A stretch of DNA of 63,805 nucleotides, counting the filler, from Chrysochromulina tobinii (lineage: Eukaryota), in assembly GCA_001275005.1 (NCBI GenBank). It is 7 parts of 7 records of this genome, joined end to end, with 100 filler letters (N's around TTAATTAATTAA, not from the genome) between each part and the next. Parts side by side here need not be neighbours in the genome. Positions count along the whole stretch, not along the records: positions 52,941 to 59,380 come from JWZX01000613.1; positions 59,481 to 62,124 come from JWZX01000615.1; positions 62,225 to 63,805 come from JWZX01000672.1; 4 more parts are not named here. The stretch is one strand, 5' to 3'. The notes below the pieces were generated by a model that did no database searches, had not been told where the DNA came from, and worked only from the letters and a program-made list of their open reading frames with translations. Shown here piece by piece: positions 54,452 through 63,805 of this stretch (positions within the stretch are counted from its first letter, which is position 1; each line of letters begins with the position of its first letter). The position numbers and the translations under genes are program-made.

Positions 54452-57400
54452 TCACACTGCAGCCCGCCTCACCCTCGGAGGAGTGCTGTTTAGCAGCCCT
54501 GAGTCCACCGAGAGCCTTGTGGCTATCTGCGCGCTCATCTCGCCGCGCTTGCACAGCACGAGCGGCATTGGATCCTTGTACGGCGACGAGCGCTCCTTGA
54601 AAAAAGGTAGCAGTGTGCTCGTCTTCGCCTGCTCGCCCCGCTCGTTACGCGGCGTGGAGCTCGAGAAGGCTGTACTTCTTTGGCTCGATGCCTCGTTCAA
54701 CTTGGGTCCAGGCGACGACTTGAGCTTGATTGAGAAGCTCATTGGCGTGCCGGCCTCCGCGCTCCGCTGCTCGCGCGCCGAGACAGCCACGGCGCCTGCC
54801 ACGGCGCCAGGGGCGCTCGCGTCGAACGGCGGAACATAACGCGTAGGTGCGCGCTCCGTGTACGCAGCTTGCATGGTGACCGGGTGCGGGCTGCGTACCG
54901 GTATGGCTAGCCGCAACTGTTGCTGAGTCGGTGCCGGTACACCCAGCGGCTTCGCGTGCAGCCTGGCCACGTTGTTCCGCTTGGCGGCTTCTCGCGCAAC
55001 CAGGGCCGCCACCTCCGCATCAAGCGCGGCCTCAATCGGCGCGCGCTCAGCCTCCGCCGCTGTGGCCTCTTGCGCGGCTAGCTCGGCTTCCTCCGCCTCA
55101 AGGGCGGCCTCGATCGCTGCACGCAGAGCCGCCTCCGCCGCAGCCGCCTCCGCCGCAGCCGCCTCCGCCGCAGCCGCCTCCGCCGCAGCCGCCTCCGCCG
55201 CAGCCGCCTCCGCCTCCGCCTCCGCCGCCTCCGCCGCAGCCGCCTCCGTGGCCTCTTGCTCGGCTAGGGCAGCTTCCTCGGCTTTAAGTGCAGCCTCCTC
55301 GGCCTCGATCGCCGCTGCCTCCGCCGCCTCCGCTACCTCCGCTGCCTCCGCTGCCTCGGCTGCGTCCGCTGCGTCCGCTGCGTCCGCTGCGTCCGCTGCC
55401 TCGGCTGCCTCCGCTGCTTCCGCTGCCGCCGCAGTAGGCGACGGCTCGGGCGCACTCTCACTCTCGGGTTCGGGAGCGGGCTCCGGCGCGGGCGCGGGCG
55501 AGGGCACTGGAGAGGGTACAGCCTCGAGCTTGTCCATGGGTGCGGGCGCGGGTGCGGCCTCAGGCACAGTCTCGGATGCCTTCTCGGGCGGCGACACTTG
55601 GCTCGTGGCAGCTAGCGCTTCGGCCAGCCCCAGCTCGAGCAGCGTCCCGCGCGGCGAGGGCGTCTGCGGCGCCGACGGTGGTGCTGATGCGTCCTGTGCT
55701 ACGGTGGTGCCGATGATAGCACAGGACGTGTTGACATCGGTGGAGTTGATGGCGGCTTTAGCTACCGCTACCGCCTGTGCTTCAGCTGCCTCTACCGCCT
55801 GTGCTTCAGCTGCCTCTTCAGAGGGTTCGCTCTCCCCTCCAAAGCGCTGTGAACGGAGAAGCGAGGCGGAAGCCTTGAGAAGCGCCTCGTCCGAATCGAT
55901 CCACTGATCCTGCGTGTGGGCGTCGTCGTCGACGGGAGCGGCGTCGGTCTCCGTTTCCATTTCGGGCTCAGCCGCCGCTACCGCCCGAGCCTCAGCTGCC
56001 GCCGCCGCCTCGGTCTTAGCTGCCGCTACTGCCGCCGCCTCAGCTGCCGCCGCCGCCTCGGCCTCAGCTGCCGCTACTACCGCCGCCTCAGCTGCCGCCG
56101 CCGCCTCGGCCTCAGCTGCCGCCTTTGCTTCTGCCGCTACCGCCTGCAGACAGATCTCCCGTGCGAGCCGCGTCTCAGCCACCAGCACTGCGAGTCGCTG
56201 CTCCGCTCTAGCGATCTCCCTGGCGCGTCTAACTGCCGCCTCTTTCTCCGCCTCCGCCGCCGCCTCCGCCTCCGTCGCAGGCGCGGCGTTGGCTGACGCG
56301 GCGTTGGCTGACGCGGCGTTGGCTGACGCGGCGTTGGCTGACGCGGCGTTGGCTGACACGGCGTTGGCTGACGCGGCGTTGGCTGGCGCGGCGTTGGCTG
56401 ACGCGGCGTGGAAGATGGACCCAGCCGCGCGCACGAGCGGTTCGCCATACTGTGTGGAGAGTCTCATCCCGTTGCGCTGGTGCACCTTTACGAGCTGGGT
56501 CGCCGCGCGTTTATCCGGCGGATCGATCATACGCAAGACCCGTTCGAAGGAGCGCGGTGTACACATTTCGCGCATCTGAATCGCATCCGGCCGATAGAAC
56601 TCGTCGTCCACTTGAATAAAGCTGTCCTCCTCTAAGGTCAAGTACCACGGTTCGGTCGTGGTAATCTGACCCCCCAAGCCCATAACCTTGAAGCCCTTGA
56701 TTTGGTCACGCGTGAAGTCGAGCCTCTCGCGTAGCGCTGCGGCGAGCTGCTGGCTGACGAGCTCCTTGCCCCTCTTGGGCCGCAGCGGGCCCACCGATTT
56801 CCACTTGCATCCTAGTGTGAAGTCTCCGGATTCCCTTCCCGGATTCGAGATCGCGGACGCTCCACCCTTCACTCCGTGGGCGCCCTTCTCATATGGGTCG
56901 ATCTCCTCATATGGCTCGTACTGGAACACGATACTCCCATCCACGCGCTGCTGCACGTGCTCCTTCCACCACGCGGACGTGCCCTCGACCACCTCCGCCA
57001 GCCACGGGACCGCGGACAGCAGAGGATTCGGCTGTTCAGGGGGCACGTAGTTCGCGCTAAACGGGTTGTCACTCCTCGGGGGGTCAGGATCCTTCAGGCG
57101 CTCGGCCAACGGCAGCCGACGAACGCTCCTTGACTTCGCACGTGCGGCGCTCGGCTCGGCGCCCGTGCCAGATGAGGACGCGGCGCTCGGCTCGGCGCTC
57201 GCGAGCGCAATGGAGCCGCACACCGAGGCGGCGCCCAGGCACCCGGCGCTCGGCACGGCGCAAGTCCCTGCACCCAGGTACCCGGCTGGGAAGACGGGGC
57301 GAGCCAGCGTAGGCGAGCCGCCTACCGTGGCCAGCGAAGGCGGGTAGGCGGGTGAGCCACCTGCCATGGCTGTGTACCCCGGTGGAGGCTGCACCACGAT

Positions 57401-59380
57401 GTGCACAGGGCGCTCCGCGCGTGCGATCATCTCGCCAACGGCCACCTTACCCAGATAGCGTGTGGGCTGATGGTTGATGAATTGGAGCAGGCTGCCTGCG
57501 GGCACTCCCTGGAGGGCGGCCGTGCTACCCACGGCGATCTTGGCTATGAGGATGTGCCCATCGACCGCATCCTGCAGAACAAGACCTAGGGGGCCCTCGC
57601 CAAACTCGTAGACCAGCTGCATCGCTACGTGGCCGGGCGAGGGGGGTGACGTCAGGGTCGCGAGCGGGGTCGGGCTGCCCACGCCGCCGCTGTGCGTCAA
57701 AGTAGCGTACAGCGCGGCCGCGGGCGACGGGGGCTCATTGGGCATGGTCGACGGCAGCAGGGGTGGCGAGTCAGCCCTGCGAGGTGAAACCCTGTCAGGC
57801 GACGCAGCACGGGCGGCCGATGCACCCAGCGCCACGGCCTTGATGGATTGCCGCATCTTTTGCAAAAGCTCGGACACGCGCGATGGCTGGTGGATTGCTT
57901 GCGCGTCGATGCCGCCGTTCGCGGCGGTCGAAGGTGCTTGGTCTGGCGCCGCGTCGGGCTCCTTCGCGTCCGGCTGTGCCGCCAAAGCAGCCTTGAGTGC
58001 CCCTCCCGATACGATGCCCATCAGGCGCTTCCACCTGCTTGGAAGCGCCATCGCATCTGCAGCGGCCTCGACGGCAGCGCTACCGCTGCCTACGGGCATG
58101 GGCTCCGCCACGAAGACCGAGAGCGTGAGCGGGCGCTGCTTGCCCTCGCTGGAGAGCACGTCCCAGATCTCCTGCGCTGGCAACGCGCGCCCGTTCACGC
58201 CGATGACCTGAGCATCGATTGGCACGCCGAGCCGCTCGGCCTGCATGCCGGGCGCGACGGCCTCGATGTAGAGCTGCTCATCGCGCAGGGCCACCTGAAA
58301 GCCGAGGGGGGTGTCCTCCTCGAAGACGAAAATGAAGTGGCCGTCTGGAAGCGCCACCGCATCGGCGGCAGCCTCGACAGCAGCGCTACCGCTGCCTTCG
58401 GCCTCTGAGGGCGCGACATACACCGAGAGCGTGAGCGGGCGTTGCTTGCCCTCGCTGGAGAGCACGTCCCAGATCTCCTGCGCTGGCAACGCGCGCCCGT
58501 TCACGCCGATGACCTGAGCATCGATTGACACGCCGAGCCGCTCGGCCTGCATGCCGGGCGCGACGGCCTCGATGTAGAGCTGCTCATCGCGCAGGGCCAC
58601 CTGAAAGCCGAGGGGGGTGTCCTCCTCGAAGACGAACGTGCGCAGCGGCCCGTAATCACCGTCTGGAAGCGCCACCGCATCGGCGGCAGCCTCGACGGCA
58701 GCGCTACCGCTGCCTTCGGCCTCTGAGGGCGCGACATACACCGAGAGCACAAGCGGGCGTTGCTTGCCCTCGCTGGAGAGCACGTCCCAGATCTCCTGCG
58801 CTGGCAACGCGCGCCCGTTCACGCCGATGACCCGAGCATCGATTGGCACGCCGAGCCGCTCGGCCTGCATGCTGGGCGCGACGGCCTCGATGTAGAGCTG
58901 CTCATCGCGCAGGGCCACCTGAAAGCCGAGGGGGGTGTCCTCCTCGAAGACGAACGTGCGCGTCCCATACTTGTTCTGCACTGGCTCGAAGGCGCTGGCA
59001 CCGTCGTTGGGCTGCTGCGAGAGCTCCCATCTGACCTGCCCCGCGAGGTTGTGGTAATACGGGATGCCCTCACTAGTCACAGCCTGGTACCAGCCGTCCG
59101 GAAGCGCCATCGCATCCCCGGCAGCTTCGACATCGGCGACAGCTTCGACGGCGACGCTGCCCCTACCATCGATGAGCTCAGAAAGTTCCCACACGACCTC
59201 GCCATTTTCGTTGTGGTAATACGGGGTGCCATCAGGGGTACCAGCCCTGTACCAGCCGTCTGGAAGCGCCACCGCATCGGCGGCAGCCTCGACGGCAGCG
59301 CTACCGCTGCCTTCGGCCTCTGAGGGCGCGACATACACCGAGAGCACAAGCGGGCGTTGCTTGCCCTCGCTGGAGAGCAC
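54452..59380 (-). CDS. WW- and PDZ-repeat scaffold protein with Ala/Glu-rich tail, 5'-truncated
   Basis: Two WW domains (LPDGWY...G.PYYHN..G.V.WE), three near-identical PDZ-like units plus a partial one, a divergent PDZ (FGEGPLGLVL), and ANAAS and AAEA repeats. Confidence 0.85.
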   Translation of the reverse strand: MLSSEGKQRPLVLSVYVAPSEAEGSGSAAVEAAADAVALPDGWYRAGTPDGTPYYHNENGEVVWELSELIDGRGSVAVEAVADVEAAGDAMALPDGWYQAVTSEGIPYYHNLAGQVRWELSQQPNDGASAFEPVQNKYGTRTFVFEEDTPLGFQVALRDEQLYIEAVAPSMQAERLGVPIDARVIGVNGRALPAQEIWDVLSSEGKQRPLVLSVYVAPSEAEGSGSAAVEAAADAVALPDGDYGPLRTFVFEEDTPLGFQVALRDEQLYIEAVAPGMQAERLGVSIDAQVIGVNGRALPAQEIWDVLSSEGKQRPLTLSVYVAPSEAEGSGSAAVEAAADAVALPDGHFIFVFEEDTPLGFQVALRDEQLYIEAVAPGMQAERLGVPIDAQVIGVNGRALPAQEIWDVLSSEGKQRPLTLSVFVAEPMPVGSGSAAVEAAADAMALPSRWKRLMGIVSGGALKAALAAQPDAKEPDAAPDQAPSTAANGGIDAQAIHQPSRVSELLQKMRQSIKAVALGASAARAASPDRVSPRRADSPPLLPSTMPNEPPSPAAALYATLTHSGGVGSPTPLATLTSPPSPGHVAMQLVYEFGEGPLGLVLQDAVDGHILIAKIAVGSTAALQGVPAGSLLQFINHQPTRYLGKVAVGEMIARAERPVHIVVQPPPGYTAMAGGSPAYPPSLATVGGSPTLARPVFPAGYLGAGTCAVPSAGCLGAASVCGSIALASAEPSAASSSGTGAEPSAARAKSRSVRRLPLAERLKDPDPPRSDNPFSANYVPPEQPNPLLSAVPWLAEVVEGTSAWWKEHVQQRVDGSIVFQYEPYEEIDPYEKGAHGVKGGASAISNPGRESGDFTLGCKWKSVGPLRPKRGKELVSQQLAAALRERLDFTRDQIKGFKVMGLGGQITTTEPWYLTLEEDSFIQVDDEFYRPDAIQMREMCTPRSFERVLRMIDPPDKRAATQLVKVHQRNGMRLSTQYGEPLVRAAGSIFHAASANAAPANAASANAVSANAASANAASANAASANAASANAAPATEAEAAAEAEKEAAVRRAREIARAEQRLAVLVAETRLAREICLQAVAAEAKAAAEAEAAAAAEAAVVAAAEAEAAAAAEAAAVAAAKTEAAAAAEARAVAAAEPEMETETDAAPVDDDAHTQDQWIDSDEALLKASASLLRSQRFGGESEPSEEAAEAQAVEAAEAQAVAVAKAAINSTDVNTSCAIIGTTVAQDASAPPSAPQTPSPRGTLLELGLAEALAATSQVSPPEKASETVPEAAPAPAPMDKLEAVPSPVPSPAPAPEPAPEPESESAPEPSPTAAAAEAAEAAEAADAADAADAADAAEAAEAAEVAEAAEAAAIEAEEAALKAEEAALAEQEATEAAAAEAAEAEAEAAAAEAAAAEAAAAEAAAAEAAAAEAALRAAIEAALEAEEAELAAQEATAAEAERAPIEAALDAEVAALVAREAAKRNNVARLHAKPLGVPAPTQQQLRLAIPVRSPHPVTMQAAYTERAPTRYVPPFDASAPGAVAGAVAVSAREQRSAEAGTPMSFSIKLKSSPGPKLNEASSQRSTAFSSSTPRNERGEQAKTSTLLPFFKERSSPYKDPMPLVLCKRGEMSAQIATRLSVDSGLLNSTPPRVRRAAV

Positions 59381-59480
59381 NNNNNNNNNNNNNNNNNNNN
59401 NNNNNNNNNNNNNNNNNNNNNNNNTTAATTAATTAANNNNNNNNNNNNNNNNNNNNNNNNNNNNNNNNNNNNNNNNNNNN
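59381..59480. other. Artificial contig spacer
   Basis: N44-TTAATTAATTAA-N44. Confidence 0.98.
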
Positions 59481-59540
59481 AGGTGCCCGGCGCATGAGGT
59501 GCAAAACTACCCGATTTTGATAGGAGAGGCCGGTCAGGAG

Positions 59541-60484
59541 GGGCTGATCAGGCCTGATCCGAGGGTCGCGGGCAGAGGGACAAGGACGGAGGGTCCCAGC
59601 CTCGGTAGGGGCTGATCAGGCCTGATGCCCTGATCAGGGTCGCGGGCAGAGGGACAGGGATGGAGGGTCCCAGCCTCTGGTAGGGGCTGATCAGGCCTGA
59701 TCAGGGTCGCACTGGTTGGGGGTCCCATAGGGCCCCAGCCTTGGTAGGGGCTGATCAGGCCTGATCAGGGTCGCACTGGTTGGGGCTCCCATAGGGTCCC
59801 AGCCTCGCGGTAGGGGCTGATCAGACCTGATCAGGGTCGCACTGGTTGGGGGTCCCATAGGGTCCCTGCCTCTGTAGGGGCTGATCAGGCCTGATCAGGG
59901 TCGCACTGGTTGGGGTTCCCATAGGGTCCCAGCCTCTGTAGGGGCTGATCAGGCCTGATCAGGGTCGCACTGGTTGGGGGGCCCATATAGGGTCCCAGCC
60001 TCTGTAGGGGCTGATCAGGCCTGATCAGGGTTCCACTGGTTGGGGGTCCCATAGGGTCCCAGCCTCTGTAGGGGCTGATCAGGCCTGATCAGGGTCGTAC
60101 TGGTTGGGGTTCCCATAGGGTCCCTGAAGCCTCTGTAGGGGCTGATCAGGCCTGATCAGGGTCGCACTGGTTGGGCGGCCCATATAGGGTCCCAGCCTCT
60201 GTAGGGGCTGATCAGGCCTGATCAGGGTCGCACTGTGGTTGGGGGTCCCATAGGGTCCCAGCCTCGGTAGGGGCTGATCAGGCCTGATCAGGGTCGCACT
60301 GGTTGGGGGGCCCATATAGGGCCCCAGCCTCGGTAGGGGCTGATCAGGCCTGATCAGGGTCGCACTGGTTGGGGGGCCCATAGGGCCCCAGCCTCGGTAG
60401 GGGCTGATCAGGCCTGATCAGGGTCGCACTGGTTGGGGGTCCCATAGGGCCCCAGCCTCGGTAGGGGCTGATCAGGCCTGATCC
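59541..60484. repeat. Tandem satellite, about 59-61 bp unit, about 15 copies, each with the palindrome CTGATCAGGCCTGATCAG
   Basis: Unit agggtcgcactggttgggggtcccatagggtcccagcctctgtaggggctgatcaggcctgatc repeated with minor variants. Confidence 0.92.
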
Positions 60485-60635
60485 GGTTCGTTTGCATGCT
60501 GCAAGAAAGCAAAGAAGCTTCTATTATTTGTCTTGCATGCATGTGTTTTTTTTAACGTTACAAATTTTTAGGTTTTTCGGTCACAAGGAGGCCGCGTGGG
60601 TGCCCTGATCAGGCCTGTTCAGCTCCCTGTAAGCC

Positions 60636-61118
60636 ATGAGCGGGGCATGGGGTGCGGTCAACGGAACGCATGACCAGATCCGCTTCTATGAGCTCTGGAA
60701 CGAGACCACGCCCTACTTTCCCGACGCGCGTGGTTTGTCAGTGGCGTTGAAGAACAATTTGGACGATGCACGCGCTCAACATTTGTTGGCGCTGCGTGGT
60801 GTCGAGCTCAAGAAAATCGGCATAGAAAGCGTAGTTGCGATCACGAATGCGGTTCATCGTGCCGGCGATTCGTTGAGAATGCCGCGCCCACCGCACCCGG
60901 GCGAGCATGCGCCCCTTCGTGAGGATTCGGATGTCATCTTGTTCCCGTGTAACACAGTGGCTTGTGCAACGTGCGGCAACCTGGCCCTCACCGTCGACAA
61001 GGGCGCTGCGCGCAAAGGGCACCGGATGGATCTCCGGGCCTTTTTCGCCAATGGCATCTCGCGCCCAGCCAAAGAGTGGGCGCTATTGTGCAAGAAATGC
61101 GAGACGCGCTCACGATGA
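60636..61118 (+). CDS. Hypothetical protein with C-terminal CxxC...CxxC (possible zinc ribbon)
   Basis: 160-aa ATG ORF; CATCG and CKKC motifs. Confidence 0.45.
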   Translation: MSGAWGAVNGTHDQIRFYELWNETTPYFPDARGLSVALKNNLDDARAQHLLALRGVELKKIGIESVVAITNAVHRAGDSLRMPRPPHPGEHAPLREDSDVILFPCNTVACATCGNLALTVDKGAARKGHRMDLRAFFANGISRPAKEWALLCKKCETRSR

Positions 61119-61351
61119 CGAAGATCGAGCTGCAGCGCATCAAAGCTGCGACGAGCTGCGGTACCTTCAAGGCCGTGCAGGAGAAGAAGCGCTCGGACTC
61201 CGGGTACAAGCTTCGCCGAATGCTGATGAAACGGCGGCGCAAAATAGAAGAGGAGAGGGAGGATCGAGAACGCAGAAAGACGGAGAAAGAAGCCCGTGCC
61301 AAGCGTGCCGCTTCGGCCCGTCCCCCCGATAGGCCCGGGTCACTTCTGTAA
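61115..61351 (+). CDS. Small basic helical ORF overlapping the upstream stop (ATGA)
   Basis: MTKIELQRIK...KRRRKIEEEREDRERRK; ATG 61115-61117 overlaps TGA 61116-61118. Confidence 0.3.
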   Translation: MTKIELQRIKAATSCGTFKAVQEKKRSDSGYKLRRMLMKRRRKIEEEREDRERRKTEKEARAKRAASARPPDRPGSLL

Positions 61352-61577
61352 TACGCTGGGTGAGACAGTGGGGAACAGATGCTGGGCCAGTAACGCGTAC
61401 GTTTAATAGCTCGTGGTTAGTCATACCGCTCCACCTGTAAGGCGTCGTTATGCTGGGCCAGTAAAGCGTACATTTTCCTAACACATACCCAAACTCATGC
61501 TGGGCCTGTGCAAGTGCTTCCTAATCTTCTCGTGGTTAGTCATACCGCTCCACCTGTAATTGTAGTTGCAGGATGTG

Positions 61578-62010
61578 ACGAAACAGACGAAACTGACGAA
61601 ACTGACGAAACTGACGCAAAACGCAAAACGCAAAACGCAAAACGCAAAGCGCAAAACGCAAAGCGCAAAACGCAAAGCGCAAAACGCAAAACGCAAAACG
61701 CAATACACAAAACGCAAAACGCAAAACGGGTCAAAGTGGGCTGGCCCGTACGCAATACGCAATACGCAATACGCAATGCGGGTCAAAGTGGGTTGGTAAA
61801 TACGCAATACGCAATACGCAATACGCAATGGGGGTCAAATTGGGCTTGCCAGGACGCAATACGCAACACGCAATACGCAATACGCAAAGCGGGTCAAAGT
61901 GGGCTGGATGTGAAAATTGCAGTCATACGCAATACGCAATACGCAGTACGTAATGCGGGTCAAAAATGAGCAATACGCAAAATGCTGAAAATACGCAAAA
62001 ACAAAATACG
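61578..62010. repeat. Heptamer microsatellite arrays (ACGCAAA, ACGCAAT) interspersed with GGGTCAAAGTGGG
   Basis: Directly visible; preceded by ctgacgaaa repeats. Confidence 0.85.
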
Positions 62011-62124
62011 CTGCGTATGGCGTACCTCTCACTGATGTGCAATCAGATGCAATCAGGACCGCATCGCTGCACGGGCTACCCGGTTGGCATCAGGACGCCA
62101 AGTTGGGGCCTGTGTGTGTGGGGC

Positions 62125-62224
62125 NNNNNNNNNNNNNNNNNNNNNNNNNNNNNNNNNNNNNNNNNNNNTTAATTAATTAANNNNNNNNNNNNNNNNNNNN
62201 NNNNNNNNNNNNNNNNNNNNNNNN
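62125..62224. other. Artificial contig spacer
   Basis: N44-TTAATTAATTAA-N44. Confidence 0.98.
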
Positions 62225-62306
62225 GAATGCACTCAACAAGTAAAGCATTTGAGTGCATTCAGCATTTGAATGCACTCAACAAGTAAAGCATTCAGCATTG
62301 AATGCA
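62225..62306. repeat. GAATGCACTCAACAAGTAAAGCATT repeat block (also at 63199-63375)
   Basis: Near-identical blocks with an internal aatgcactcaa/ttgagtgcatt palindrome on both sides of the hAT remnant. Confidence 0.8.
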
Positions 62307-62381
62307 CGGACGGCACACGAGCATCTAAAACACAATGCCGGCATTTGACTTTCGAACAAAGCCTCGAGGTGGTCTGCCTCC

Positions 62382-62920
62382 TCACTCCTCGTCGTCATCC
62401 TCAGCCTCCCCAGCCTCCTGTTTCCCCTCCTCTCCCTTCTCCTGCTTCTCGCTATCTTCCCCAGAAGAGTCCTCAGCATTGGACTTGGGCTGTTGCTTGC
62501 CAGTCGGGACCTGCCAGTCGTACGCTGTGATGATCTCATCGAGCGTCGGGCGCAGCCAGTCGTACTTGTAGTTGTAGTGGAGGAATGCATAGTCACTCAG
62601 CAGCTGCGGGTCGAGGGTGCGAGATTTCATGCTGATGCGCCCGAGATTTCATGCTGATGCGCCCTGCTCCACTAAACACCGTCTCCACGTTTGCGCTTGC
62701 CACCTTGGCGCAGCCAACCTCCGCCAGCCAGAGGTCATAGTGGACGGAAGCACGGTCTTCTGCCCCGCCCAGAAGAGGGCCTGGTCGAAGATGTTGTGGA
62801 CCATGTACACACTTGGGTCTGAGCAGACTGCGATACAGATCGAGGTTTACTTGGACTCCTCAAGCTTGATCACATCGAGGAGGTCGCTCTCATTCATCAC
62901 CGGCACCTTACCCGCCGCCT
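62382..62920 (-). pseudogene. Decayed hAT-family transposase C-terminus (dimerisation domain)
   Basis: Reading across frameshifts: FDQALFWAGQKTVLP/HYDLWLAEVGCAKVASANVETVFSGAGRISMKSR/TLDPQLLSDYAFLHYN; a 1-nt shift near 62745 and a 22-bp tandem duplication at 62620-62663. Confidence 0.75.
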
Positions 62921-63198
62921 GAGAGCCATGTGAGGCGTTTTGGCTACCGTCGGCTTAAAACTTAATCGCCTCGACGCCAAGCGCCGCGAGGCCCGCCTCC
63001 TTGGTCATCTGCAGAGCCGGCGGCCGCATTGTTTTCCGCGGCGGAGGATTCGCAAATCGGAGAAACCTCCAAAAAAGGTTAATTATAAGTCTCGTTCTAT
63101 TTTTGTAGAGCGCGGATCGTCCGAGCGATGCGCCGCTCGATCAAACGACAAAGCTATTAAGTGTGCCAACCTAATAACACCTCATTAATACCTGGCGG

Positions 63199-63375
63199 CA
63201 AAGCACTCAAAGCACTCTTTTCTTGAGTGCTCTCCACCCAGAAGCACTCAGCATTTGAATGCACTCAAAAAGTAAAGCATTTGAGTGCATTCAGCATTTG
63301 AATGCACTCAACAAGTAAAGCATTTGGCACTCAGTGCTGGTGTATTTCAGGGCACTCAGTGCTGAGAACAAGCAT
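63199..63375. repeat. GCACTCA/AAGCATT repeat block, likely transposon subterminal repeats
   Basis: Same motif as 62225-62306. Confidence 0.75.
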
Positions 63376-63805
63376 TGTGTGTGGTATGGGTTCACGCAAT
63401 AGGATCGCGCCGACTTGATCGGGCCATGTTCGGCACCTCTGTCGCCAGGAAGATTCAATGGCGCGGCCCTCTCGCGCTTCAGATCATCTAGACCACCCCC
63501 CTGAACTACCCTGAAGCCGCCAGGTACGTGCCGATCCGCTCTGAGTAGCTCTGCCCCTGACATGAGCTCTATTGATATACTATTGATAGGATCGTACGAT
63601 CCTATCGCTCGCTGCGGCTGCTCTGCTTGCCAATCGGGCTGAGTTTGTTGTGTTGGAGGGGTGGCATCGAAGCCTGGGAGTGGCCCGGCATCGGCCGAAG
63701 GCCCTGGACCCAGCCTATCGCGCTGCACGCGGCTCCGAGACCCACCCAATGTGCTGACAGCGTATGCACCAAATTATGTCCCGCGCAGGTGTCTGCTATC
63801 ATGGC

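Noticed and set aside
59541..60484. CRISPR-like array (palindromic repeat at regular spacing)
   Set aside because: The sequences between palindromes are near-identical rather than unique spacers, and no cas genes are present; it is a satellite.
61478..62032. RFAFCVL / NAKRKTQ repeat ORFs
   Set aside because: Translation of heptamer microsatellites.

Overview
GC-rich eukaryotic (protist) nuclear DNA, most consistent with a haptophyte (Chrysochromulina/Prymnesiales-like). This assignment is an inference from GC-AG introns, ATGCAATCAG/CCGAGAT/ATCTCCC low-complexity repeats, SPPP-rich RRL-motif surface proteins and an EEAAKAAWLA-type plastid protein. The window is not contiguous: seven contigs (1-9336, 9437-32392, 32493-48504, 48605-52840, 52941-59380, 59481-62124, 62225-63805) are joined by artificial 100-nt N/TTAATTAATTAA spacers, so neighbourhood arguments hold only within a contig. 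About 24 compact genes are recognisable: RecQ helicase, KH protein, GH5 endoglycoceramidase-like, sulfotransferase-like, PDZ and WW-PDZ proteins, tandem HET-like protein, UBA-WWE-BRCT-TDP1-like, CHASE sensor, methyltransferase, SGNH hydrolase, RAD6/UBC2-like E2, ACT-domain STY kinase and TTLL. There is also a Ty1/copia pol, a decayed hAT element, MITE-like repeats and a palindromic 59-61 bp satellite. Most notable: (1) a protein with a CBP60-like DNA-binding region, KRRK motif, Gly-rich linker and ankyrin array, resembling NF-kB p100/p105 architecture; (2) a GC-AG intron built from two complete tandem introns with no exon between them; (3) a copia polyprotein with two hydrophobic helices before the protease and a VTDD RT motif; (4) a UBA-WWE-2xBRCT-TDP1 fusion with an altered second HKN motif; (5) a putatively myristoylated tandem HET-like protein. 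All domain calls come from motif recognition by eye; no searches were run.
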